Source: Escherichia phage phiA2-1. From it: a DNA stretch of 44,857 nucleotides. Below, in pieces: positions 1 to 7,622 of this stretch. Location: sequence record OR861626.1. One strand, 5' to 3'. The notes beneath the pieces are model-generated. The model had not been told where the DNA came from. It ran no database searches and worked only from the letters and a program-made list of their open reading frames with translations. The translations under genes were made by a program, and so were the position numbers. Each line of letters opens with the position of its first letter. Within the stretch, counting starts at the first letter, position 1.

Positions 1-600
1 AAAGGCCTGGCTGAGTTGTGTGATGATAGCGAAGGATTCGGTGCTGCTAGATTGCGGCTTGCCCAGGTTGATAACAATAGCGGAGTTGGTCAGGCAATTG
101 GCATTGACGCGGAGTCTGAAGAGTATAGCGTTCTAAACTCTGATATTGGCGGGATTGATGCGTTCCTGGATAAGAAGTTTGACAGAATCGTTGCGCTGAG
201 CGGTATTCATGAAATCATCCTGAAGAACAAGAACGTTGGTGGAGTGTCATCAAGCCAGAGTACAGCGCTTGAGACATTCCATAAGCTAGTCGACCGCAAG
301 CGTAACGCTGAACTACTGCCGATTCTCGGGTTCCTGATTCCGTTCATTTCAGACGAGCAAGAATGGTCAGTAGAGTTTAACCCCCTCGCTCAGGAGTCGA
401 GCAAGGATAAAGCTGAGATTCTGGAGAAGAACGTAAACAGCATTGCAGCACTAATTGCAGCTGGAGCTATGGATACTAACGAAGCACGTGATACACTACG
501 CACTATCGCACCAGAGATTAAGATTAGTGAAGCTTCAATTGTAACTGAGCAGCCAGTTCAGGAAGAATCACCAAAGGAGGAGATTGTAATTGAAAGCTAA
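1..600 (+). CDS. Portal protein, C-terminal part (continues in-frame from 44192..44857 across the window junction)
   Basis: Reading frame is open from nt 1 with no upstream stop; last complete codon of the 3'-end ORF ends at 44857 and phase continues at nt 1; combined length ~420 aa; sits between terminase large subunit and head genes. Confidence 0.6.
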   Translation, partial: KGLAELCDDSEGFGAARLRLAQVDNNSGVGQAIGIDAESEEYSVLNSDIGGIDAFLDKKFDRIVALSGIHEIILKNKNVGGVSSSQSTALETFHKLVDRKRNAELLPILGFLIPFISDEQEWSVEFNPLAQESSKDKAEILEKNVNSIAALIAAGAMDTNEARDTLRTIAPEIKISEASIVTEQPVQEESPKEEIVIES

Positions 601-1702
601 AATGCGTTACGACAGCGCTAAAGTTAAAGCGCGATTTGACGAAAACGGCTTTCTGGTAGACACGCCAGTTGTTGCTCGTGTAGGCGTGCAATCATACTAC
701 CTGCCAGATGGCTCGGAACGACGCGAATTTAGGCCAGCATCAGAGGTCTTTAAAGCAGATTCACTTGCCAGTTATCAGGGCAAGCCGATTACATTGGGTC
801 ACGTGTTTGTTAACTCTGATAACGCTAAAGATGTGGTTATTGGAGCAGTTTCAGGCGCAGCATTGCGTCAGGATTCAAATGTTGTGGTTCCACTAACAGT
901 TTATGATAAGGAGTCAATCGAGAAAGCTAAATCTGGCCTTGCCGCCGAGTTATCTGTAGGTTACTCAACTGTTGATGTTGAATCTCCAGGCTGGGGTAGC
1001 AATGATACTGGAGAGTACAAGTTAGATGGAGAGTATGATTCTCAAAACGACATTCCGCCTGACTGGGTTCGTTTTGATGCACTGCAAACTAACATTATTG
1101 TTAATCACGTCGCAATGGTATACAAAGGTCGGGCAGGTGTTGCAAAATTGAATATGGACGCAGAACAGGAAAACCCGTATACTGACAGCGTTGATTCTAT
1201 TAAAGAGGATGTTAAAGAAATGGTTAAGATTAAACTGGATGGCGCACAGGAGTTCGAAATCGCTCCAGAAGTTGCCGCACACATTGAAGCTATTAAAAAG
1301 GATGCAGTTGACGCTAAAACCAAAGCTGACTGCATTGAAGCTGAGCGTGACGCACTTAAAGCTAAAGTTGACGCGATGCCTGCTGAAATTGAGAAAGCTG
1401 TCAAGGCTGCTAAAGCTGATTCCGAAGCACTTGCCGCACTGGTTACTGTAGCCGCTGAAGCTGGTGTTAAGACTGATGGTCTGGATACTAAGGGCATCAA
1501 AGTAGCATACGTTAAAGAAGTTTCTGGCCTTGATGTTTCCGAGAAGTCTGACGCATACATCGACGCAGCGTTCGACATTGCCAAAGATTCTGATAAAATG
1601 GCTGAAGTTCGCAAAGCAACCGCAGCTTCCGACAAATCTGACGCTACCGACGCACCTAATAAATTAGACCCGCGCGCTCGTCTGGCTAAAATTAAAAAGT
1701 AA
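590..1702 (+). CDS. Head morphogenesis protein (scaffold/prohead-protease-like; Ala/Lys-rich coiled-coil C-terminal half)
   Basis: 370-aa ORF directly after portal; AAGGAGG 9 nt upstream of TTG start; C-terminal region of low complexity typical of scaffolding proteins. Confidence 0.4.
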   Translation: MKAKMRYDSAKVKARFDENGFLVDTPVVARVGVQSYYLPDGSERREFRPASEVFKADSLASYQGKPITLGHVFVNSDNAKDVVIGAVSGAALRQDSNVVVPLTVYDKESIEKAKSGLAAELSVGYSTVDVESPGWGSNDTGEYKLDGEYDSQNDIPPDWVRFDALQTNIIVNHVAMVYKGRAGVAKLNMDAEQENPYTDSVDSIKEDVKEMVKIKLDGAQEFEIAPEVAAHIEAIKKDAVDAKTKADCIEAERDALKAKVDAMPAEIEKAVKAAKADSEALAALVTVAAEAGVKTDGLDTKGIKVAYVKEVSGLDVSEKSDAYIDAAFDIAKDSDKMAEVRKATAASDKSDATDAPNKLDPRARLAKIKK

Positions 1703-1713
1703 GGAGATAGACA

Positions 1714-2208
1714 ATGGCAATTCGTTCTGTAGCACTGGCAGGCATGGTAGCTGATACTTCCCTGTATAATATCGATGGCGCTTGCGTTGTTGGCGGCACG
1801 GATCCAATCAATGTTGGTGTAGCCGTTTCCGTAACCGAAGACCCTGCAATTGATGGTCACAAGGTTGTTAGCGCAGTAAATAAAGAAGGTAGCGCTTACG
1901 GTGTGGTCGTTCGCTCTCATTACGAGACTCCAGATGGCACCGCTAAAGCTAAGGAGGCTGTTAACGTAATGACAGCTGGTCGCATTTGGATGAAGGCAGC
2001 AGCAGCAATTACCGCCGCAAATCGCGCTGTTGGTAAACCAGTATCTGTTAATGCCGCAGGTTTGGTTGTTAATGAAGCATCCGCTCGTGCAGGAGCTTTC
2101 ACTACCGGATGGACTTTTGCTGGCGGCTACATCGCTAACACTGGTAGTGACCCGCAAAACCTTAGCGTAGATGGCGCTCTGGTTGAGGTTCAGGTCAAGC
2201 AGAAGTAA
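1714..2208 (+). CDS. Putative head structural/decoration protein
   Basis: 164-aa ORF with RBS (AAGGAG), between scaffold-like and capsid genes; Gly/Ala/Val-rich. Confidence 0.3.
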   Translation: MAIRSVALAGMVADTSLYNIDGACVVGGTDPINVGVAVSVTEDPAIDGHKVVSAVNKEGSAYGVVVRSHYETPDGTAKAKEAVNVMTAGRIWMKAAAAITAANRAVGKPVSVNAAGLVVNEASARAGAFTTGWTFAGGYIANTGSDPQNLSVDGALVEVQVKQK

Positions 2209-2227
2209 TAAATATCTCAGCATAAAT

Positions 2228-2252
2228 AAACCTCCTTCGGGAGGTTTTTTTT
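2228..2252 (+). terminator. Rho-independent terminator
   Basis: GC hairpin AAACCTCC-TTCG-GGAGGTTT followed by T8. Confidence 0.55.
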
Positions 2253-2308
2253 GTGATCAAATCACGCCTATGTTATATTTAAACCTCACTTAATAAAGGG
2301 TATTAATT

Positions 2309-2881
2309 ATGGCTTATACCGAAGTTAAGGCTATCAGTGCAGATAGCGAACGATTCAATACACTGCTTCAAGATGCCATCGATGCTGGTTTTCAGCCGGT
2401 AAGTAAAATCACGGTAAATGGCTCTCAGTCATATTCCGTCGTTGTCGCGAAAGGTGCCGACAGTTCGATCACAAATGCAAAGGTGATCACCTCCACCAAT
2501 ATGCGCAAGCTGTTCGAAGCTATTGAAGCTGCATCTGATGACGGCTTCACCATTGACACATCAAACCTGAGCCTTACTGCCGGTCAGTTCTTTGCTTATG
2601 CATATAAAGGCAGTGTTGGCGGTTCTGTTTCTGTGGCGTGGGGAGACGTAACTGGCAAGCCAACCACTTTTGCGCCAATTGTTGGCGCTGGCGCTACTGA
2701 CGCAATGCCAGGTAACAAGTTTGTTGCTGGCGCAGCAGTTGATAAAGTTGGCGACCAGACTGTGACTGGCGCTGATGCAGGAGAGGTGGCAGAAACAGCT
2801 ACAAAAGCTGTTAACGCGGTAGCTGCCAAGTTAAATGAACTTCTCGAACAGCTGCGAGTCACCAAGATCATTGCGGGCTAA
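2309..2881 (+). CDS. Hypothetical structural protein
   Basis: 190-aa ORF in head gene block. Confidence 0.3.
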   Translation: MAYTEVKAISADSERFNTLLQDAIDAGFQPVSKITVNGSQSYSVVVAKGADSSITNAKVITSTNMRKLFEAIEAASDDGFTIDTSNLSLTAGQFFAYAYKGSVGGSVSVAWGDVTGKPTTFAPIVGAGATDAMPGNKFVAGAAVDKVGDQTVTGADAGEVAETATKAVNAVAAKLNELLEQLRVTKIIAG

Positions 2882-2972
2882 CACCAGATGGCGGCCAACT
2901 TATCTGTTGATTTGTGGTCGCCCTGCTGTATAATTGATTCGTACATACCTAACTGAAAAGGAATAAACAAGA

Positions 2973-3914
2973 ATGGCCATTAAATTTGATGCAGAACAAG
3001 CAAAAATCACCGCTCACCTTGAGCAAATGGGTGTAGATAAAGCTGATGCTGCTGGTATCTGGACTGTCAAGCAGTTGACCGCCAACCTGGCGCGTGCGTA
3101 CGAAGCAGAGTATTCGGAAAACTCCGTAGTTAATATCTTCCCAGTAACTAACGAAATCCCGGCCCACGCAAAGTATTTTGAGTATCCTGAGTTTGACGGA
3201 ACCGCAATCGCACAGATTATCGCTGATTACTCTGATGACTTGCCGCTGGTTGATGCGTTCATGACTGAGAAACAAGGTAAAGTGTTCCGTTTTGGTAACG
3301 CATTCCTGATCTCCACTGATGAAATTAAAGCTGGTGCAGCAACTGGTCAGTCACTGTCATCTCGCAAACAGGCTCTGGCATTCGAAGCGCACGACAACCT
3401 GCTCGACAAACTGGTATGGTCTGGATCTGCACCGCACGGCATTCCTAGCGTATTCAATGCGCCGAACGTTAACCAGGTTGTTGCTGGTGTGTGGAACTCC
3501 GCGGCTGCTGCTATGACTGATATCACGGCACTTATCGATGCTATCGAAACAGCGACAAATGGCGCCCATACCGCGACTGATATCCTGCTGCCTGCTTCTG
3601 CTCGCCGCCTGATGCAAGAACTGGTTCCGAACACCTCTATCAGCTACGCGCAGTTGTTTGCAACCAATAACTCCGGCATTACTCTGCGCTATCTGCAGTT
3701 CCTGGATAACTACGATGGTGCTGGCGGTAAGGCTGCACTGGCATTTGAAAAGAATCCTCTCAACATGAGTATTGAGATTCCGGAAGCTACTAATGTGCTC
3801 CCTGGTCAGGCGAAAGATTTGCACTTCAAGTACCCAGTCACCTCAAAAGCGACAGGTTTGATTATCTATAGACCGCTAACTGTTTCCGTCCTTAAAGGTA
3901 TCACCTACGCCTAA
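2973..3914 (+). CDS. Major capsid protein (putative)
   Basis: 313-aa ORF in the expected position; preceded by a TATAAT -10-like element and followed by a strong terminator, consistent with a highly expressed late gene. Confidence 0.55.
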   Translation: MAIKFDAEQAKITAHLEQMGVDKADAAGIWTVKQLTANLARAYEAEYSENSVVNIFPVTNEIPAHAKYFEYPEFDGTAIAQIIADYSDDLPLVDAFMTEKQGKVFRFGNAFLISTDEIKAGAATGQSLSSRKQALAFEAHDNLLDKLVWSGSAPHGIPSVFNAPNVNQVVAGVWNSAAAAMTDITALIDAIETATNGAHTATDILLPASARRLMQELVPNTSISYAQLFATNNSGITLRYLQFLDNYDGAGGKAALAFEKNPLNMSIEIPEATNVLPGQAKDLHFKYPVTSKATGLIIYRPLTVSVLKGITYA

Positions 3915-3920
3915 TAAATT

Positions 3921-3943
3921 GCCCTCTACTGAGGGCTTTTTTT
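3921..3943 (+). terminator. Rho-independent terminator
   Basis: GCCCTC-TACT-GAGGGC hairpin plus T7. Confidence 0.55.
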
Positions 3944-4007
3944 CGCCTGTACCAAAATGATATGATGGGTTATAATCAACCATCAATTAATAAAAGGAGA
4001 GCAACAA

Positions 4008-4253
4008 ATGATTCGTTTAGAACACACTGGCGCTTGCATGATTACATTTCGCGGTGTGAATTATATGCCAGGTGAATTCATCGAGGTTGAGGAAATCAAC
4101 GCTGGACTTAAAAGCCTGATTGCAGAAGGCCGCTTGCAGATTGATGGTGACACCAAGGCAACTAAAGAAATTGTCGCAGATGTTAAATCAAAGTCTAAGC
4201 GCAAAGAACCTAAGACTATTGACGAAGCTCAGACTGGTCAGGAATATAAATAA
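4008..4253 (+). CDS. Hypothetical protein
   Basis: 81-aa ORF with AAGGAG RBS; preceded by TATAAT element. Confidence 0.35.
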   Translation: MIRLEHTGACMITFRGVNYMPGEFIEVEEINAGLKSLIAEGRLQIDGDTKATKEIVADVKSKSKRKEPKTIDEAQTGQEYK

Positions 4254-4260
4254 CCAAATG

Positions 4261-4283
4261 GGCGCTTCGGCGTCCGTTTTTTT
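4261..4283 (+). terminator. Rho-independent terminator
   Basis: GGCGC-TTCG-GCGTCC hairpin plus T7, followed by GGAGG RBS of the next gene. Confidence 0.5.
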
Positions 4284-4294
4284 ATGGAGGTTTT

Positions 4295-4693
4295 ATGAAC
4301 GAACAAGCATTAGCCTTTATGAGGTCACTTGTTCCTGCTCTGCGTAATGTTCCAGATGAAACGTTGGACGTATGGCTTGAACTGGCTAAGCTTTACATCT
4401 GCACAGGTAAGTTTGGTGACGACGCTTACAAGGCTCTGGCGCTATACACTTTGCACATTGCCTTTCTTGACGGCGCGCTTAAGCAGAATGAGTCGCTGGA
4501 TGATTACGGGAAGAAAGTGGCAAGTTACTCTCTGAGCGGTGAATTCTCTATTAGCTATGAATCTACATCTCAAACTCAATCATCGCTTACGGCTACCCCA
4601 TGGGGACGACTTTACTGGAATCTTCTGCGTAAGAAAGGTGGCGGCTTTGGGTTGATTACTTCCGCTTCTGGCGGTGGGTGCGGTTGCCGATGA
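4295..4693 (+). CDS. Head-tail connector protein (putative)
   Basis: 132-aa ORF between capsid and tail genes; stop overlaps next start (ATGA). Confidence 0.35.
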   Translation: MNEQALAFMRSLVPALRNVPDETLDVWLELAKLYICTGKFGDDAYKALALYTLHIAFLDGALKQNESLDDYGKKVASYSLSGEFSISYESTSQTQSSLTATPWGRLYWNLLRKKGGGFGLITSASGGGCGCR

Positions 4694-5061
4694 ACTACAA
4701 CGAAATCGAATCAATCACTCGCGCTGGCATTAACTTCTTTAGTGATGCAAATGGCGTTTACGAAATGAGCACTGGCGATGGATATGTTGAAATCGTTAAC
4801 GGCGTTGAAGTAGAGGTGCCAGCGCAAACATTTCAGCTTAATGGTTTGGTGCGAGAAATAAAGACGCGAGATATCGATGGTGAGTTTATCCAGTTTGGCG
4901 ATAAGCGCGGAATCTTCACGGCCCAGGCAGAAATCAAGCAGGGTTATCAGATTAAGGTTGATGGTGAGACTTTTGTTGTTGTTGATCCCCGCCCAGTTAA
5001 ACCGACTGGTACAGTTGTTGGGTATAGACCGATTCTTCGTAGGGTGGCTACTTATGGCTAG
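4690..5061 (+). CDS. Head-tail adaptor / head closure protein (putative)
   Basis: ORF in track from 4678; ATG at 4690 overlaps the upstream stop (ATGA). Confidence 0.3.
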   Translation: MNYNEIESITRAGINFFSDANGVYEMSTGDGYVEIVNGVEVEVPAQTFQLNGLVREIKTRDIDGEFIQFGDKRGIFTAQAEIKQGYQIKVDGETFVVVDPRPVKPTGTVVGYRPILRRVATYG

Positions 5062-5491
5062 AAATATTGGAAGCGTCGCTACGTTTGAGAAATCTATTGC
5101 TGACTGGATTAACAGAGCAGATAATGGATTTGAAATTGTAGTCGCCAGCACGGTTACCAAGACAGCCAACGCAATTGTGGACCTATCCCCGGTCGATACT
5201 GGTAGGTTCAAGGCTAACTGGCAAATCACCGCAAACTCACCAGCTCAGCAATCACTGAATGAGTACGATCAGACTGGTGGGCAGACAAAAACATATCTCG
5301 CCAGACAGGCTAGAGCGGTCGCTAACTCAAAAGCTACTAGTGTTATTTATATTACTAACCGACTTGATTACGCTTCCGACCTTGAGTATGGGGCTTCGAA
5401 TCAGGCTCCGGCTGGCGTACTTGGCGTGGTGCAAGCAAGGTTGGGTAGGTATTTCCAGGAAGCGGTAGAGGAGGCTCGTCGTGCAATATGA
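5054..5491 (+). CDS. Tail component (HK97 gp10-like, putative)
   Basis: Track ORF 4877..5491; likely start ATG 5054 (MARNIGSV...) overlapping upstream stop. Confidence 0.35.
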   Translation: MARNIGSVATFEKSIADWINRADNGFEIVVASTVTKTANAIVDLSPVDTGRFKANWQITANSPAQQSLNEYDQTGGQTKTYLARQARAVANSKATSVIYITNRLDYASDLEYGASNQAPAGVLGVVQARLGRYFQEAVEEARRAI

Positions 5492-5882
5492 ATTATCATT
5501 GGCAGCAAGGGCATTCGTCGACGATTTGTTGGTAAATGAATTTCCGGTCAGATATCCAGTTGCTTGGGAGAACGCTGCCTTTGCGCCTCCTGCGGACGGC
5601 TCAATCTGGCTTAAGTACGACTACACAGAAGTTGACACAGTAACATACGGGTTAAGCAGGAAGTGCAAATACTACGTTGGCATGGTGCAGATTTCAGTGT
5701 TCTTCAGTCCGGGGACTGGGATTGATAAGCCGAGACAAATAGCTAATCAATTGGCAGAATCTATCGTTGATGGTACAATGCTTGACAGCGGGACCATTTA
5801 TGAGTCTGGAGTTGTTAACCCGGTTATCAAATCCAAGTCTGGGTGGTTTATCCCGGTTCGTTTTTATGTTCGTCTAGACTAA
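5481..5882 (+). CDS. Tail completion/terminator protein (putative)
   Basis: 133-aa ORF, GTG start with GAGGAGG RBS, directly before major tail protein. Confidence 0.3.
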   Translation: MQYELSLAARAFVDDLLVNEFPVRYPVAWENAAFAPPADGSIWLKYDYTEVDTVTYGLSRKCKYYVGMVQISVFFSPGTGIDKPRQIANQLAESIVDGTMLDSGTIYESGVVNPVIKSKSGWFIPVRFYVRLD

Positions 5883-5897
5883 CAAAAGGAAAAATAA

Positions 5898-6554
5898 ATG
5901 GCCCATCTCAGCAATGGCACGCAGGTCTTCGTAGAAGGCTCTCGCGGAGCTGCAATCGACGTAACTGCAATTTCTAACGCAGTTACCCCTGTTTTAACTG
6001 TATCTGACGCGTCTGGTTTGGTCGTTGGTGATTACCTGCTTTTCACCTCTTCTGCTTCAACGCTTCTAGCTGACAAGCAAGTTCGAGTGACTGCAATCAC
6101 TGGTACGTCAGTAACTGTTGAAGGTATTGATACCTCCAGCACCACAAAGTTCCCGGCTGGCTTAACTGGTGAAGTTGTCAAGATCACCTCCTGGTTCGAA
6201 GTTCCGTGCGTTCAGGACGTATCTACTGACGGTGGCGAACAGCAATTCGTTAACTTCCAGTGCTTGTCCGATGACCGTGAACAGCAGATTCCGACCTATA
6301 AATCTGCGGTAACTAACACCTTCACCTTCGCTCACGAGTACACCAACCCTGTATATCCGGTTCTGCGTAACTACGATGAGTCTGGCCAGGTTGTTGCGAT
6401 TCGTCTGTTCGTACCTCGAGCTAGCGAAATGCGCTTGCAGTCCGGCACTATCTCTTTCAACGACACCCCTACCATTGGTGTTAACGAAATCGAAACGGTA
6501 TCCATCGCAGTATCAATTCGTGGTCGCCTGTCCTCTGTGGCAGCTGAAGTTTAA
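5898..6554 (+). CDS. Major tail protein
   Basis: 218-aa ORF upstream of the chaperone and tape-measure genes; AAGGAAA RBS; strong terminator downstream. Confidence 0.5.
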   Translation: MAHLSNGTQVFVEGSRGAAIDVTAISNAVTPVLTVSDASGLVVGDYLLFTSSASTLLADKQVRVTAITGTSVTVEGIDTSSTTKFPAGLTGEVVKITSWFEVPCVQDVSTDGGEQQFVNFQCLSDDREQQIPTYKSAVTNTFTFAHEYTNPVYPVLRNYDESGQVVAIRLFVPRASEMRLQSGTISFNDTPTIGVNEIETVSIAVSIRGRLSSVAAEV

Positions 6555-6559
6555 AACAC

Positions 6560-6582
6560 AAACCCTCTTCGGAGGGTTTTTT
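6560..6582 (+). terminator. Rho-independent terminator
   Basis: AAACCCTC-TTCG-GAGGGTTT hairpin plus T-run. Confidence 0.55.
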
Positions 6583-6587
6583 ATTGC

Positions 6588-6650
6588 ATAGCACTTTTTG
6601 CTAAAGCACTTATTCAGCTTTACTGTATAGTTATCTCATCGAAACGAAAT
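6588..6650 (+). promoter_or_regulatory. Conserved promoter-like cassette (ATAGCAC-N4-TTGCTA box, 22-nt spacer, TATAGT, CATCGAAACGAAA leader)
   Basis: ATAGCACTTTTTGCTAAAG at 6588; TATAGT 22 nt after TTGCTA; ATCGAAACGAA at 6638..6648; ATG at 6665. Confidence 0.5.
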
Positions 6651-6664
6651 GAGAGATTAAAGAA

Positions 6665-6913
6665 ATGAATAACGTTAAAAACATCATCAAACTTGCTGCA
6701 GTTCTTGTTGCTTTTTATGCAGTAGTTCAGATTGTTAACCCAACTGGTGAGGCTGATGCCAATAGCAAGGCAAACAAATATACCGTTGAGTTCGCTAAAG
6801 CTGAGCGAGCATGTCAGGAGCTTGTGGGTAGTAAAGTTGACCAAATCATGAAATATGGCAAAGAGGTCTGCAAGGACTCAGCTGCTAAGATTGCAAAAGA
6901 AAACACTAAGTAA
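6665..6913 (+). CDS. Small secreted protein (signal peptide, no lipobox)
   Basis: 82-aa ORF; N-terminal hydrophobic segment KLAAVLVAFYAVVQIV; own promoter-like cassette upstream. Confidence 0.45.
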   Translation: MNNVKNIIKLAAVLVAFYAVVQIVNPTGEADANSKANKYTVEFAKAERACQELVGSKVDQIMKYGKEVCKDSAAKIAKENTK

Positions 6914-6952
6914 TAGAATACATACTCACAAACAATAAGAGGATTAACTAAG

Positions 6953-7267
6953 ATGGCTAAGTTCAAACTTTCACTGGCAGCACTCCCTGACTTCAAGCTT
7001 CCGGTAAAATTCAAGCTGGCTAACGACCAGGATGTAGAGGTTATCTTTACAGTCAAGCATAAGAAAACATCTGAGCTTCAGGAGCTTTTGCAGAAAGAAG
7101 ACTTGAGTACTAAAGAATTGATTATGGCAATCGCCTCTGATTGGGATTTGGAAGAAGAATACAACGAGGATAACGTTAATGAGTTCTCCGACCTGTTCCC
7201 AGCGTCAACGGTTGCACTGACTACCGCTTACATGCAGGCACTGGCAGGCCAGCGGGTAAAAAACTAA
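6953..7267 (+). CDS. Tail assembly chaperone (lambda G-like)
   Basis: 104-aa acidic ORF immediately before tape measure; downstream ORF in the -1 frame. Confidence 0.5.
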   Translation: MAKFKLSLAALPDFKLPVKFKLANDQDVEVIFTVKHKKTSELQELLQKEDLSTKELIMAIASDWDLEEEYNEDNVNEFSDLFPASTVALTTAYMQALAGQRVKN

Positions 7268-7587
7268 AGAGGGCGGTGTATCTACAGTACCAGTCAGATC
7301 CAACTGATGCCGAACTGGAAGCTATTGGGATGCGCCGCTCTGATTACGAAGATGAAGAGCCTGAAGTTTTACACTTCGACGACAACATGATGAAGGCTTG
7401 GGACATTTATTGTTCAATGGCCACGCAATGGAGGGTTGGAGCTAACGGAGCTACAGGGTTAGATTACAACGTGCTAAATTTCCTCTTTAGAGTGTATAAT
7501 GTCTCAGAAGAAGAATTGGTGCTCAGTGATTTACGCATCCTTGAAGCTAAGGCTCTCGAGATGATGGATAATCTGAGAAAAAAATAA
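7258..7587 (+). CDS. Tail assembly chaperone frameshift extension (lambda GT-like; expressed by -1 frameshift from 6953)
   Basis: Slippery heptamer A_AAA_AAC at 7258..7264 just before the G stop; -1 frame is open through to 7587. Confidence 0.4.
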   Translation, partial: KKLKRAVYLQYQSDPTDAELEAIGMRRSDYEDEEPEVLHFDDNMMKAWDIYCSMATQWRVGANGATGLDYNVLNFLFRVYNVSEEELVLSDLRILEAKALEMMDNLRKK

Positions 7588-7608
7588 CCCGCTTCGGCGG
7601 GTTTTCTA
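7588..7608 (+). terminator. Terminator-like hairpin
   Basis: CCCGC-TTCG-GCGGG plus TTTTCTATT; followed by GGAGG RBS of tape measure gene. Confidence 0.4.
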
Positions 7609-7622
7609 TTATGGAGGCTTAG

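Noticed and set aside
1105-2223. 372-aa minus-strand ORF antisense to the scaffold and head genes
   Set aside because: Low-complexity Ser/Ala/Cys-rich translation, fully overlaps well-supported plus-strand genes, no RBS; antisense artefact.
6598-6631. Reading the cassette TTGCTA box plus TATAGT as an ordinary sigma70 -35/-10 pair
   Set aside because: Spacing is 22 nt in nearly every copy, outside the functional 16-18 nt range, so the box is interpreted as an upstream factor site.
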